Shown here: one piece after another, positions 1-10,295 of the stretch
How the letters are laid out: each line of letters opens with the position of its first letter
Position numbering within the stretch: position 1 is the first letter of the stretch
Origin: Candidatus Tectimicrobiota bacterium
Lineage (GTDB): Bacteria; JACPUC01
Assembly: GCA_016192455.1 (NCBI GenBank)
Contig: JACPUC010000015.1
Span: forward strand, 1-64,000
DNA length: 64,000 nt
Direction: 5' to 3'
Program-made: the position numbers and the translations under genes
The notes under the pieces: model-generated
Told to the model about the DNA's origin: nothing
The model's input: the letters and a program-made list of their open reading frames with translations, nothing else
Database searches by the model: none

Positions 1-714
1 CAGCACCTCGAGGAGGAGTTCGCGCGCCGGGTGCGCGCCTACGAGGCGGACGAGCTGTCGCTCTGCACGCCGCACTTCGCCCTCAACGATCCCCCCATCT
101 ACACCGCCTCGAAGCGCTACCCCGACGTGCAGAAGGCGATGGCCGTCGGCTGGGGCGTGGAGCATTCCGGAGCGATCGTCTCCCACCACGTGGCGCTGCG
201 GGCGGGGCGTTTGCCGCAGGAGTGCGCCGTCTTCGCCCTTGCTCCCAGCGTGCATGATCCATCGCAGGCGCCGCCCGGCAAGCACACCGCCTTCGCCTGG
301 CAGTTCGCGCCGTACCACCTGAAAGAGGGGCCGGAGCATTGGCTGAAGGTGAAGGAGTCGTACGGCGACCACATCCAGAAGGCATGGTGCGAGTATGCGC
401 CGAACATGCGGGGGGAGAACGTGCTGGCGCGCTTCGTCTACACGCCGTACGACATCAGCCAGACGACCATCTCGATGTTCGAAGGCTCCACGGTGCACGG
501 CCACGTCAGCCCGAACCAGATGGGGAACATGCGGCCGGTGGCGGGCTGGTCGACCTACCGCATGCCGATCAAGAACCTCTACCTCTGCGGCAGCTCGGCG
601 CATCCCATGGGGGGTGTCACCGGGGCGCCGGGGTTCAACTGCGCCGGCGCCATCGCCGACGACTACAAGGTGAAGAAGTGGTGGTGGCGCAGCGAGCGCG
701 CGGCGCGCCGGTGA
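1..714 (+). CDS. Phytoene dehydrogenase-like NAD(P)/FAD-dependent oxidoreductase, C-terminal part (5' end outside window)
   Basis: Frame 1 is open from base 1. Family motifs 'PSVHDPSQAPPGKHT', 'YRMPIKNLYLCGSSAHPMGGVTGAPGFNCA'. Confidence 0.85.
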   Translation, partial: QHLEEEFARRVRAYEADELSLCTPHFALNDPPIYTASKRYPDVQKAMAVGWGVEHSGAIVSHHVALRAGRLPQECAVFALAPSVHDPSQAPPGKHTAFAWQFAPYHLKEGPEHWLKVKESYGDHIQKAWCEYAPNMRGENVLARFVYTPYDISQTTISMFEGSTVHGHVSPNQMGNMRPVAGWSTYRMPIKNLYLCGSSAHPMGGVTGAPGFNCAGAIADDYKVKKWWWRSERAARR

Positions 715-778
715 TGCCGTGGCGCGGCGCCGGCTGCGCCGACTCCCCGGCGCACGCCTGGGTCACCTGCTGATTCAC

Positions 779-807
779 TTGACAGCCTCCTCGGCGCGGG
801 GCACCAT
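779..807 (+). promoter_or_regulatory. Putative sigma70 promoter for cobU-cobT-cobS
   Basis: TTGACA (779-784), 17-nt spacer, CACCAT (802-807), about 60 nt upstream of the cobU ATG. Confidence 0.5.
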
Positions 808-867
808 GCGGCCAAACCTCCACCGGGCACCCCTAGCGGCAGGAGGCGGGAGAGGTGCAGCCGCGCC

Positions 868-1443
868 ATGCAGCAACCGGCGAGCCAGCGCCAGATGAGG
901 GGCTATGAGCGGTGTCTTGTCCTGGGAGGGGCCCGAAGCGGCAAGAGTTCCTATGCGGTGGCGCGGTGCGAAGCGTTTCCGCCGCCGCGCGCCTACCTCG
1001 CCACGGCGGAGCCCGGGGATGCTGAGATGGCCGAGCGCATCGCCCGGCATCGGGCAGCGCGCGCCGCGGCGTGGTACACCATTGAGGAGCCGCTGCAGGT
1101 GGCGGCGGCGCTGCAGGAGCAGCAGGGGCGCTGCACCGTCCTCCTCCTGGATTGCCTGACGTTGTGGCTGAGCAACTTGATGGAGCGCGGCCTCGAGGAT
1201 GCAACCATTCTGCAGCGCCTCGAGGAAGCCCTGGCGGCGCTCGGCACGCTGTTGTGCCACGTCATCCTGGTGAGCAATGAGGTGGGCTGGGGGATCGTGC
1301 CGGCCCATCCCTACGGGCGGCGGTTTCGCGATCTGGCGGGGCGGGCGAATCAGATCGCCGCTGCCGCCCTCGATGAGGTCGTCCTCATTGTCGCCGGTCA
1401 GCCCTTGTGCTTGAAACCGGCCGGCGGCTCAACGTCTCGGTGA
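868..1443 (+). CDS. cobU: Bifunctional adenosylcobinamide kinase / cobinamide-phosphate guanylyltransferase
   Basis: P-loop 'LVLGGARSGKS', 'EMAERIARHR', 'LLDCLTLWLSN', 'VSNEVGWGIVP..GRRFRDLAGRANQ'. Confidence 0.95.
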   Translation: MQQPASQRQMRGYERCLVLGGARSGKSSYAVARCEAFPPPRAYLATAEPGDAEMAERIARHRAARAAAWYTIEEPLQVAAALQEQQGRCTVLLLDCLTLWLSNLMERGLEDATILQRLEEALAALGTLLCHVILVSNEVGWGIVPAHPYGRRFRDLAGRANQIAAAALDEVVLIVAGQPLCLKPAGGSTSR

Positions 1444-1449
1444 GAGCCC

Positions 1450-2511
1450 ATGGAACTCCTGACTGCTACTCTGAAGGCCATCACCCCGCTCGACGAGTCG
1501 CTCCTCGCTGAAGCGCAGCGCCATCTCGACCAGCTCACGAAGCCGCAGGGGAGCCTGGGGCGGCTCGAAGAGCTGGCGGCGCAGGCGTACGCCATCAGCG
1601 GTGGGCGGTTCCGGCCCCTTCAACGCATGGCGATCGCCGTCTTCGCCGCCGACCATGGCGTCGTCGAGGAGGGGGTCAGCCTCTACCCGCGGGAAGTCAC
1701 GGCGCAGATGGTGCTCAACTTCCTGGCCGGGGGGGCGGGGATCAACGTCATGGCGCGCCACCTCGGGGCGGAGGTGGTCGTCGTTGACATCGGGGTTGAC
1801 CACGACTTCGCGGGCGTCCCCGGCCTCGTCGCCAGGAAGGTGCTGCGTGGTACCCGCAACATGGCGCGGCAGCCGGCGATGACGCGGCAGGAAGCGGTTG
1901 CGGCGCTCGAGGTCGGCATCGCGGTCGTGAACGAGCTCGCGGCCCGCGGCGTGCAGGCCCTCGGCACCGGCGACATGGGGATTGGCAACACCACGGCCAG
2001 CAGCGCCGTGCTGGCCGCCCTGGCCGGGTTGAGCGTCGAGGACGCGACGGGGCGCGGCACGGGCATCAGCGACGCCATGCTCGCCCACAAGGTGCGGGTC
2101 ATCGAGCGCGCCCTGGCGTGCACCCAGCCTGACGCGCGCGATCCCCTCGATGTGCTGGCCAAGGTCGGCGGTCTCGAGATCGCCGGCATTGCCGGCGCCA
2201 TGCTGGCGGGCGCCGCGGCGCGTCTGCCCGTGGTCGTCGACGGCTTCATCTCCACCGCCGCCGCCCTGCTGGCGGTGGCCCTGGCGCCGGCCTGCCGCGC
2301 TTACCTCATTGCGGCGCACCGCTCGGCTGAACGGGGGCATACCGTCATGCTCGAGAAGCTCGGCCTGCAGCCGCTCCTCGATCTCGACATGCGACTTGGC
2401 GAGGGAACGGGCGCCACCCTCGCCCTCGGGCTCCTGCAGGTGGCGCTGCGCATCGCCTGCGAGATGGCCACGTTCGGCGAGGCAAACGTCTCCACGGCGC
2501 TTGATGGGTAG
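1450..2511 (+). CDS. cobT: Nicotinate-nucleotide--dimethylbenzimidazole phosphoribosyltransferase
   Basis: '[12 protein letters not shown]', 'FAADHGV', 'GDMGIGNTT', 'VVVDGFI', 'MRLGEGTGA'. Confidence 0.97.
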   Translation: MELLTATLKAITPLDESLLAEAQRHLDQLTKPQGSLGRLEELAAQAYAISGGRFRPLQRMAIAVFAADHGVVEEGVSLYPREVTAQMVLNFLAGGAGINVMARHLGAEVVVVDIGVDHDFAGVPGLVARKVLRGTRNMARQPAMTRQEAVAALEVGIAVVNELAARGVQALGTGDMGIGNTTASSAVLAALAGLSVEDATGRGTGISDAMLAHKVRVIERALACTQPDARDPLDVLAKVGGLEIAGIAGAMLAGAAARLPVVVDGFISTAAALLAVALAPACRAYLIAAHRSAERGHTVMLEKLGLQPLLDLDMRLGEGTGATLALGLLQVALRIACEMATFGEANVSTALDG

Positions 2512-2574
2512 CGGCGCGGTTGCGCCCGGGCGCGCGCTCGATCCAGCCGAGCGACGCGCGAGGTGCATGGTCCA

Positions 2575-3318
2575 ATGGTGCGCTCCCTTCTCTTCAGTAT
2601 CCGCTTCCTGACGATCCTGCCGCTCGGTCAGCAACAACGGGTTGAGGGCCGGCATCTTGGCGCCGCCACCCGCTACTTCCCCCTCGCCGGCCTCCTCATC
2701 GGGATCATCGTGGCGCTTGCGGCCGCACTCTTCGGCTGGCTCATGGCAGGGGTGGCCGCCAATGGCTTGGCAGTGGCGGTCTGGGTGGTCATCACCGGCG
2801 CGCTGCACCTCGACGGGCTGGCGGACACGGTGGATGGCTTCTACGCAGGGCGGCAGCCCGACGAGGTGCTGGCGATCATGCGCGACCCGCATATCGGGCT
2901 CATGGGCGTCGTCGCCATCGTCCTGACCCTGCTGCTGAAGTTTGCCGGCGTGGTCAGCCTGCCGGAGTCGGGGCGCTTGCTGCCCCTCGTCGTCCTCCCC
3001 GTGGCCGGACGCTGGAGCATGGTGCTCCTGCTGGGCGGCGCGACCTACGTGCGGCCGCAGGGGGTCGGGCGCGATCTTGCCGATGAGATGAACGCCGCCG
3101 ACGTGCGCGTCGCCGCCGTCATCACGCTCGTCCTCTCACTCCTCTGCCTCGGCTGGAAGCTCGGCATCGTCTTCTTCGTCCTCGTCTGGGCCTTCACCTG
3201 GGTGCTGCAGCTCTTTCTCGTGCGCCGCATCGGCGGCATCACCGGGGACTGCTGCGGGGCAGCCGGCGAGCTCGTCGAGCTGTTCGGCCTCTTCCTCATC
3301 CTCCTGGCGCGCACCTGA
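2575..3318 (+). CDS. cobS: Adenosylcobinamide-GDP ribazoletransferase (cobalamin synthase)
   Basis: Polytopic membrane protein with 'FLTILP', 'TGALHLDGLADTVDG', 'IMRDPHIG', 'GGITGD..GA..E'. Start may be 2563 or 2575. Confidence 0.95.
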   Translation: MVRSLLFSIRFLTILPLGQQQRVEGRHLGAATRYFPLAGLLIGIIVALAAALFGWLMAGVAANGLAVAVWVVITGALHLDGLADTVDGFYAGRQPDEVLAIMRDPHIGLMGVVAIVLTLLLKFAGVVSLPESGRLLPLVVLPVAGRWSMVLLLGGATYVRPQGVGRDLADEMNAADVRVAAVITLVLSLLCLGWKLGIVFFVLVWAFTWVLQLFLVRRIGGITGDCCGAAGELVELFGLFLILLART

Positions 3319-3355
3319 GCGCGGCCGCCCGACGCGCGCCTGCGCGTGCGCTCCT

Positions 3356-6265
3356 TCAGTCCTGACCTCGCTCCTTCCGATCGCGCAGCCCCGCCATGTA
3401 GACCTGCCATGGACGCGGCGCCGCTGCGGTCCCGCCGCCGTGGGGCTGCGGCGCGCGCTCCCCTTCCTCTGCCGGCCGCGTGCGCGCGCGGATCATCTGG
3501 CTCAGGGTGTCGTAATCCAGCGGAGCCTCCGCCGGGGCGTGGGCAGCCGCCGCTGCCTGGTCGCCCCTCCGCCGCCAGCCGCTCGCGAGGCGCTCGGGAA
3601 GCGAGACCCGGCGCACGGCGATGTCAAGGAGGAGGAGACCTAGGGCGATGAGGCTGAGGAGTCGCCAGAGCCGCTGGTAGGTGGCGGTCCAGCCGCCTCC
3701 CCCTTCGAGGCGCGCCGCCTGCGCCCGCGCATCCCCGCCTGGATCGAGGAGGGCGCCCCCGGTCTCCTCCGCCAGCCGCCGCAAGAGGGCCAGGTTCGCG
3801 GTGCCGCTCAGGTACTCGCGGGTGTAAGGGACCGCGTAGCCGATGCTTCGCGGCCCCACGACCGCCGCGGCGCTCCCCTGCCTCTCCCGCGAGGCGGCGC
3901 GGTCGCTGCCGGCTGGAGGTGCGGTCTCCTCGGCAACCTCCGCGGTCACTCCCTGGATCGTGAAGATCTCCTCCCCCTCCGCTGGAGTCGGAAAGGAGGC
4001 GCGGTAGGTTCCCGGAGCCGCCTGCTCGAGGTGGAGCTCCTGCGGCTCGCTCCCCACCCGGCTGCGCACCGCGGTGAGCCGCAGATCATTGAGGAAGCGC
4101 CCGCTGCCGTCGTAGGCGGCAACCTCAAGGACCGCCTCCTCGCGCCCCGTGGCGATCGAGGCTTCGAGATGACCGGCGCTCGGCGGCCGCTGCACCCAGC
4201 GCAGGAGTTGGCCGGCGAGCTGGGAGAGGCGCGGCCAGCGGAGGAGCTCGGAGGACCAGCGGCCGCGCAGATCGGAGGTGAACGCCGCCGACCTCCCCAA
4301 GCCATACTGCCAGATCGCCAGCAGGGGGTCGTTCTCGCCCACGCGCAGGAGGTGCGTCGCCGTCGGTTTGGCGAAGCTCAGCACGTAGCCGTCGATCGCC
4401 GGCAGCGTCCCCAGGGGCAGCTCCGCCAGCACCTCATGGGAGGACTCGGGCCGGATTGGCAGGCGCCGCTCGATGATCAACTGGCGCGCCGCGAGAAGGG
4501 TCTCGTTGGTGAAGATGCGCGGAATGGTTAGGGGGTCGTTGGTGAAGTAGCTGCGTCCGTCGGTCCAGGCGGCCAGGTTGTGCATCAGCCGCACGTCGGC
4601 GTCATCCCCCATGGCGACGGTCGAGACGGTGATGCGGGCGGCCTTGATCCGGCGCGCCAGGCCTTCGAAGTCGCGCGCGTCGGTGAGGCCGTCGGAGAGG
4701 ACGAGGAGGTGCCTGATGACGGCCTCTTCCTTCTCAAGAACCTGGAATGCCTCCTCCATCGCCTGGTAGAGGTCGGTGCCGCCGCCGGCGTCGAGCCTGC
4801 CGAGCGCCTCGGCGATCGAGGCGCGCCCGCGCGCCGTGGTGAGGGGGATGATCCACTGCGGTTTGGCATCGAAGGCCAGCACCCCAACGCGGTCGGCGGG
4901 GTTGAGCAGCTCCACCGCCCCAAAGGAGGCGACCTTCGCCACGTCGAGCTTCGTCTCTCCGAAGATCGTGCTGGTCATGCTGCCGGACTTGTCGATGACC
5001 AGCACCATGGCGATGCTCGGCAGGGTAAGCTCGCTTTTCACATCCATCGAGACCGGCAGGAGGTCCTCGATCGGCGTGCGGTAGTAGCCGCCGGCGCTGA
5101 AGCTCCGCTCACCCCCCAGCATGATGAACCCCCCGCCGGTGTCCCGCACGTAGCGCTCGATGAGCTCCATCTTGGCAAGGGAGATGGTGAACCCGGACAC
5201 GTTGTCGAAGATGATCGCATCGTAGCCCAGGTAGGCGCTGAGCGAGTCCGGCAAGGTGGCGGGGTGCGTGCGCACGGTCGCATAGCCCTGCGCGTTGAGG
5301 AGATGCTCCAGCGGCGCGGGGGCGGCGTCCGGCTCCTGGACGTAGAGGAGGCGCGGTGCTCCCGAGGTCTCCACGAAGCGGCGCAAGCGGTTGTTCTCGA
5401 CGATGGGGTCGTCGGAGACGGTGATGCTTGCCTCGAAGCGGTGCAGGCCCTTCGCCGTTTCGCTCAGCTCGAAGGTGAAGGCGTTCTGCCCGGCGTGCAG
5501 GGCCACCGATTCCTGCGCCGCCAGGAGATCGTCGCGCAGCAGCAGCAACTCGCCGGTGGCGGCGCGCTGGCTGACGACGAGCACCTTGACGGCGAAGGGT
5601 TCCCCTTCGCGCAACCGCTCGGGCAGGATGATGTCGCTGACGAAGACATCGTTGTCCCGCGCCGCCGGGGTAAGGGGGACGCTCCAGAGCTTGATGCCGA
5701 GGGACCTCAGGAGGGGGCGCATCGCATCAGCCTGACCCTGGTTCTCATTGCCGTCGCTGATCAGCACGAGGTGGCGGCTCCCCGTCGCCGGGAAGCTGGC
5801 AACCGCGCGCTGCAGGGCCTGCTCGATGTTCGTGCCGTGGGTGTCGAGCTGGGAGGCCGGCGCCGGCAGCGTCGGGCGTGGCTGCGGCTCAAGCTCGAGG
5901 GAACTCTGCGCCGCGAAGAGGAGGAGCCCGCTCGAGGTTGAGGGAGCAGTGGCCGCCGCAAGGTTGCGGGCGTAAGTCAGGGCGGCCTCGCGCCCGCGCT
6001 CCCCCATGCTGTCCGACCAGTCGAGGAGGAGGAAGAGGGTGGCGCGCAGCGTCGTGGAGGGCAGCGCCAGACCCGCCAGGGCGAGGATCAGCGCCAGGAA
6101 GAGCGCCCCGCGCAGGGCGGTGGCGAGGCGGCGGCGCCACGGCGCCGGCGCGGCGCGCCGGGCCCCCTCGCCGCGCAGGCCCCACCAGACGCCCCAGGCC
6201 AGCAGCGCCAGCAGCGCCAGGTAGGCGGGCTCCAGCAGCCCGACGAGACCTCCGGCTTGGAGCAT
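3356..6265 (-). CDS. Membrane-anchored double-VWA protein with central GATase-like (DUF1355-type) region
   Basis: Two MIDAS motifs ('LDWSDSM', 'IDKSGSM'), 'GGGFIMLGGERSFSAGGYYRTPIEDLLPV', N- and C-terminal TM segments. Confidence 0.85.
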   Translation of the reverse strand: MLQAGGLVGLLEPAYLALLALLAWGVWWGLRGEGARRAAPAPWRRRLATALRGALFLALILALAGLALPSTTLRATLFLLLDWSDSMGERGREAALTYARNLAAATAPSTSSGLLLFAAQSSLELEPQPRPTLPAPASQLDTHGTNIEQALQRAVASFPATGSRHLVLISDGNENQGQADAMRPLLRSLGIKLWSVPLTPAARDNDVFVSDIILPERLREGEPFAVKVLVVSQRAATGELLLLRDDLLAAQESVALHAGQNAFTFELSETAKGLHRFEASITVSDDPIVENNRLRRFVETSGAPRLLYVQEPDAAPAPLEHLLNAQGYATVRTHPATLPDSLSAYLGYDAIIFDNVSGFTISLAKMELIERYVRDTGGGFIMLGGERSFSAGGYYRTPIEDLLPVSMDVKSELTLPSIAMVLVIDKSGSMTSTIFGETKLDVAKVASFGAVELLNPADRVGVLAFDAKPQWIIPLTTARGRASIAEALGRLDAGGGTDLYQAMEEAFQVLEKEEAVIRHLLVLSDGLTDARDFEGLARRIKAARITVSTVAMGDDADVRLMHNLAAWTDGRSYFTNDPLTIPRIFTNETLLAARQLIIERRLPIRPESSHEVLAELPLGTLPAIDGYVLSFAKPTATHLLRVGENDPLLAIWQYGLGRSAAFTSDLRGRWSSELLRWPRLSQLAGQLLRWVQRPPSAGHLEASIATGREEAVLEVAAYDGSGRFLNDLRLTAVRSRVGSEPQELHLEQAAPGTYRASFPTPAEGEEIFTIQGVTAEVAEETAPPAGSDRAASRERQGSAAAVVGPRSIGYAVPYTREYLSGTANLALLRRLAEETGGALLDPGGDARAQAARLEGGGGWTATYQRLWRLLSLIALGLLLLDIAVRRVSLPERLASGWRRRGDQAAAAAHAPAEAPLDYDTLSQMIRARTRPAEEGERAPQPHGGGTAAAPRPWQVYMAGLRDRKERGQD

Positions 6266-6271
6266 GGCCCT

Positions 6272-8167
6272 TCAGCCCTCCCGCCGCCACAGCCACCACT
6301 CCACGCCGAGGACCAGGAGGCCCAGGAGCAGCGGCAGGCGCCAGTACGCGCGCGTGGTCGTCTGCACCACCCCGGGACGCAGGCGTGGCGCCGACCAGGC
6401 GGGGTGATCGCGCGTCGCGATGTCCGATTCCCGCGGATCGAGCAGATTCACCGCAAAGGCGCGCAGCTCGTTTCCCCCCTGCCAGCGGTAGATGCCGACG
6501 CGGTCGGTCGCTTCGTAGCGGAGGGTGAGCTGGTCGTGCGCCGGCAAGGTCAGCCGCGCGCCGTCGGGCCGCAGGAGGCGAAGCTGCGTGGCGCGCGGGG
6601 GAACCGCGAGGACGGCGGCCTCGCCGGCCTGCACCATCTTCGCCGAGAAGCGCAGGCTGCCGGGATGCACCCAGCGCACGAGGTTGCTGATGAAGATCGG
6701 GAACGCCACCCGCAGCGGGAAATCCGACTCCAGAAGATCGAAACCGAGGAGCACGAGGCGGAGGCTGCCGTCATCGTACGCTCCGATCAGCGGCCGTCCC
6801 TGCCCATCGCTGGCCAGCGCCGCACCCGGGGGAACCTGGAGCCGCAGGGTGCGCGCCAGGCGCAGGCCGTCGAGGTTGACGAAACGCAGCAGCGGATGAT
6901 TCGTGGCCCAGCCGCCGAGCGTCGGTCGCTCGATCCAGCCGTTGCCCTTCCAGCCTGCCGTCGAGGCGGCGGCGCCCAACTTCGGAGGCGTCGTGGCGAT
7001 GAGGAGGAAGCTCCCCACCGTCAGCTCCGGCGGCGCCACGCGATCGAAGACGACGAGGTGGTGGCCGCGCGCCTGCTGCGCGAAGTTCCTCTCATCAACC
7101 TCCGGCACGCTGTTGATGAGCACGTGCGGCAGGGCGGCGAAGACCTGGCGCAGGAACTCGTTGCGCGCGCCCACCAGGAGCACCCAGGTGTCCTGCGCGG
7201 CGCCGAGGACGGCGTGCGCCGTGTTGTCGACGGCGAGATCATCCTCCACCTCGAGGTGGGCGTAGGCCTCGCGCGCCTCGCGTTGGGTGACGGGGAGCAC
7301 GAAGCGTTGCTGCCCGCGCGCCGGCAGCGCCAGCTCCACGGCGTGCTGCGGGCGCCCGTCGAACCCCAGGATGAGTCGAGCCTGGGCTGGCGTTGCCGCG
7401 AAGTTGCGCACCTCGAGGAAGAGCTGCACGCTGCCCAACGGACTCCCCCCCTCGGGCGCGACGCCTGCGGGGACGGGCTCCTGCCGGAAGGCGAAGCGGG
7501 TGATGCCGACGTTGCGCTCGCCGCCGGTAACCTGCAGGAGACGGATGTGCGTGCGGCCGGGATCGAGGTCCGCCGGCAGCTCGTCGGCCCCGTCGCTGAT
7601 CAGCACGATCTCGTCCCCCTGCCCGCGCTGCGCCAGGTTGAGGGCCATGAGGAGCGCCGGCCGCAGCGCTCCCGGCTCGTCGCTCGCCTGGAGGCGCTCG
7701 AGGATCTCCCGCAGGCGCGCGCGGTCAGCGCTGAAGAAGCTGCGCAGCATGGGGCGGCGGGCGGCGGTGATGATCGCCATGCGGGCGCCGTCGGGGAGAT
7801 CGGCGAGAAGCCGCTGCGCCTCCCGCCGGGCCAGCTCGAAACGGCTGCCGCGCGGGCCGCGCGCCTGCATGCTGGCGCTGGTGTCGAGGACGACGACGAG
7901 GTCCCCCGAGACCTGCGTCTGCCGCCGCCATTGCGGCTCGGCGAGCGCGGTCGTGAGGAGGAGCAGCGCCAGGAGCTGGAGGAGGAGCTGGGCGTTGCGG
8001 CGCAGGTGCCGCAGGGAGAAGCGGCTGCGTCGGGCCCGCAGCGCCTCCTCCCAGAGGAAGAGCGCCGTCACCGTCACGGTCCGCCGCCGCCGCCGCAAGG
8101 CATGCAGCAGGATGATGAGCGGTGCGACGCTCAGCAGCAACCAAGCTGTGGGATTGCCCCAACCCAT
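6272..8167 (-). CDS. BatA-like N-terminal domain + VWA domain protein
   Basis: 'LIILLHALRRRRRTVTVTALFLW', 'LLLTTALAEP', MIDAS 'LDTSASM', C-terminal 'AVNL.DPRESDI' and 'LGVEWWL'. Confidence 0.85.
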   Translation of the reverse strand: MGWGNPTAWLLLSVAPLIILLHALRRRRRTVTVTALFLWEEALRARRSRFSLRHLRRNAQLLLQLLALLLLTTALAEPQWRRQTQVSGDLVVVLDTSASMQARGPRGSRFELARREAQRLLADLPDGARMAIITAARRPMLRSFFSADRARLREILERLQASDEPGALRPALLMALNLAQRGQGDEIVLISDGADELPADLDPGRTHIRLLQVTGGERNVGITRFAFRQEPVPAGVAPEGGSPLGSVQLFLEVRNFAATPAQARLILGFDGRPQHAVELALPARGQQRFVLPVTQREAREAYAHLEVEDDLAVDNTAHAVLGAAQDTWVLLVGARNEFLRQVFAALPHVLINSVPEVDERNFAQQARGHHLVVFDRVAPPELTVGSFLLIATTPPKLGAAASTAGWKGNGWIERPTLGGWATNHPLLRFVNLDGLRLARTLRLQVPPGAALASDGQGRPLIGAYDDGSLRLVLLGFDLLESDFPLRVAFPIFISNLVRWVHPGSLRFSAKMVQAGEAAVLAVPPRATQLRLLRPDGARLTLPAHDQLTLRYEATDRVGIYRWQGGNELRAFAVNLLDPRESDIATRDHPAWSAPRLRPGVVQTTTRAYWRLPLLLGLLVLGVEWWLWRREG

Positions 8168-8258
8168 GGGCCGCTCGCCTTCAGCCTCTCACCCGCCCGC
8201 TGGAGCCTCGGCGGGCGGAGCGAGGCGGTTGCGTCGGGTGAACGCGCGCGCCTGCCCC

Positions 8259-9176
8259 CTAACTGCGGAGGTGCAGGCCGCAACGCAGGTAGCGCAGGAT
8301 GAAGTCCTCCACCGGTACGCTCGTGTTGGTCCGAAGGTACTCGATGCCATGCCGCAGGCAGGAGCGCTCGAGGGTGCGCAGGTACGTCTGGAGGCGGTCC
8401 TCGTACGCCATGAGGAGCGCCGCGTCGAGCTCGACCCGCCGGCTGCGGGAGCTCTCGAGATCGCGCAGGAGGAGCGGCCCGCCGGGCGGCGGTTCGAGCT
8501 CCTGCGGATCGAGCACCTGGATGAGCACGAGGTCGAAGCGCCTGGCCCGCAGCGCCTGCAGCCCCGCGGCATAGCCGGCGCCGTCCAGGAGGTCGCTGAG
8601 GATCACCGCCAGACCGGCGGTGCGGCTCGCCGAGCGCCCTGGGCTTTGGCTCTGGCACTGCCGGGCGTAAGCGGCGAGCGCGTCGCTGAAGGCCGTCGTC
8701 CCCGTGGCCTGCAGCCGGTTGCAGTAGTCCATGAGGGTGAAGATGTGTTGCCGGTTCGATTTCGGCGCCGGGCCGCGTTCGAGCCGGCCGTGGAAGGTGG
8801 CGAGGCCGATGCGGTCGTGGCTCGCCAGGCCGATGTAGGCGAGGGCGACGGCCACCTTGCAGGCGTAAGCGAGCTTCGTCGTCGGCGCGCCGACCCCCAT
8901 GGACCCTGAGGTGTCGATGAGCAGGTGCAGAGTCAGGTCTTCCTCGGCGCTGAAGAGTTTCACCACCAGGCGTTCGAGGCGGCTGAAGACGTGCCAATCG
9001 ATGTAGCGGCAGTCATCGCCGGCCTGGTAGTGGCGGTACTCGGCGAACTCCAGACTGCTGCCGCGCTTCGGGGAGGGGTGTTCGCCCGCCACCCCCGAGT
9101 GGGTGTGCTGGCGCGCCACGAGCTTGAGGTACTCGAGTCGCCTTAGAAAGCCGGCGTCGAAGAGCTGCTCACGCAT
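8259..9176 (-). CDS. DUF58 domain (VWA-like) protein, MoxR partner
   Basis: 'GSSLEFAEYRHYQAGDDCRYIDW', 'LIDTSGSM', 'ILSDLL'. Confidence 0.92.
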   Translation of the reverse strand: MREQLFDAGFLRRLEYLKLVARQHTHSGVAGEHPSPKRGSSLEFAEYRHYQAGDDCRYIDWHVFSRLERLVVKLFSAEEDLTLHLLIDTSGSMGVGAPTTKLAYACKVAVALAYIGLASHDRIGLATFHGRLERGPAPKSNRQHIFTLMDYCNRLQATGTTAFSDALAAYARQCQSQSPGRSASRTAGLAVILSDLLDGAGYAAGLQALRARRFDLVLIQVLDPQELEPPPGGPLLLRDLESSRSRRVELDAALLMAYEDRLQTYLRTLERSCLRHGIEYLRTNTSVPVEDFILRYLRCGLHLRS

Positions 9177-9287
9177 CCCTGACCCTCGGGCGTAAGGCGA
9201 AATTTCCGCTCCCGGCGGCAGATCAGCGGCACGCCGGCCCTTCCTGGCGCCGCCGGCGGTTGGAGAACGACGTGCACGGACGCACCG

Positions 9288-10295
9288 CTACGGCGCCTCG
9301 GCCACGCTGCGCAGGAGCTCCCGAATGATGCCCTCGGCATGCACGCCCTCCGCTTCTCCCTCGAAGTTCAGGATGAGGCGGTGGCGCAGGCTCGGCAGGG
9401 CCACGGCACGCACATCCTCGAAGCCGACATGCAGCCGGCCCCGCAGCAGGGCGTGCATCTTCGCGCCGAGCACCAGGCTCTGGGCGCCGCGCGGGCTCGA
9501 ACCGTAGCGCACGTAGCGCCGCGTCAACTCACTGCCGGACTCGTGCTCCGGTTGCGTGGCGAGGATGAGGCGGATGGCGTAGTCGCGCACCGGCGTCGCC
9601 AGCGGGATGGAGCGTACCACCTGGCGCAGGCCCAGAATCTCTTCGGCGCTCAGGACAGAGCGCACGCGGTGGTTCTCCGCGCGCGTCGTGCGGTCGATGA
9701 TCTGGCGCAGCTCGTAGAACGAGGGCTGCTTCACGTCAAGCTTCATGAAGAAGCGGTCGATCTGGGCTTCCGGCAGGGGGTAGGTCCCCTCCATCTCGAT
9801 GGGGTTCTGAGTGGCGAGGACGATGAAGGGCTCCTGCAGCCGATGTTCGACGCCGCCGATCGTCACGCTGCGCTCCTGCATGGCCTCGAGCAGCGCCGAT
9901 TGCGTCTTCGGCGTGGCGCGGTTGATCTCATCGGCCAGCACGATGTGCGCGAAGATCGGCCCGCGCTGGAACTCGAAGTACTTCCGGTTCTGCTCATCCT
10001 GGAGCACCATGGTTGTTCCCAGGATGTCCGCCGGCATGAGGTCCGGGGTGAACTGGATGCGCGAGAAGGTCAGGTCGAGGGCTTCGCCGAGGCTCTTGAC
10101 GAGGAGCGTCTTGCCGAGGCCCGGGGCGCCTTCGAGGAGGGCGTGCCCGCCGCAGAGCAGGCAGGTGATCACCCCCTCGATCAGATCCTCGTGGCCGACG
10201 ATGACCTTGCCGATCTCCTCGCGCACGCGGCGCAAGTTGGCGTGGATCGCCGCCAGCCCTTCCTCGCTCATCATGCCGGGGGCGGTCTCGGTCAT
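9288..10295 (-). CDS. moxR: MoxR-family AAA+ ATPase
   Basis: Walker A 'GAPGLGKT', 'RIQFTPDLMPADI', 'LADEINRATPKTQSALLEAMQE', 'ATQNPIEMEGTYPLPEAQIDRF'. Confidence 0.96.
   Translation of the reverse strand: MTETAPGMMSEEGLAAIHANLRRVREEIGKVIVGHEDLIEGVITCLLCGGHALLEGAPGLGKTLLVKSLGEALDLTFSRIQFTPDLMPADILGTTMVLQDEQNRKYFEFQRGPIFAHIVLADEINRATPKTQSALLEAMQERSVTIGGVEHRLQEPFIVLATQNPIEMEGTYPLPEAQIDRFFMKLDVKQPSFYELRQIIDRTTRAENHRVRSVLSAEEILGLRQVVRSIPLATPVRDYAIRLILATQPEHESGSELTRRYVRYGSSPRGAQSLVLGAKMHALLRGRLHVGFEDVRAVALPSLRHRLILNFEGEAEGVHAEGIIRELLRSVAEAP

Noticed and set aside
715-867. Possible cobalamin riboswitch upstream of cobU
   Set aside because: Leader is too short after the predicted promoter and has no B12-box/GGGAA core.
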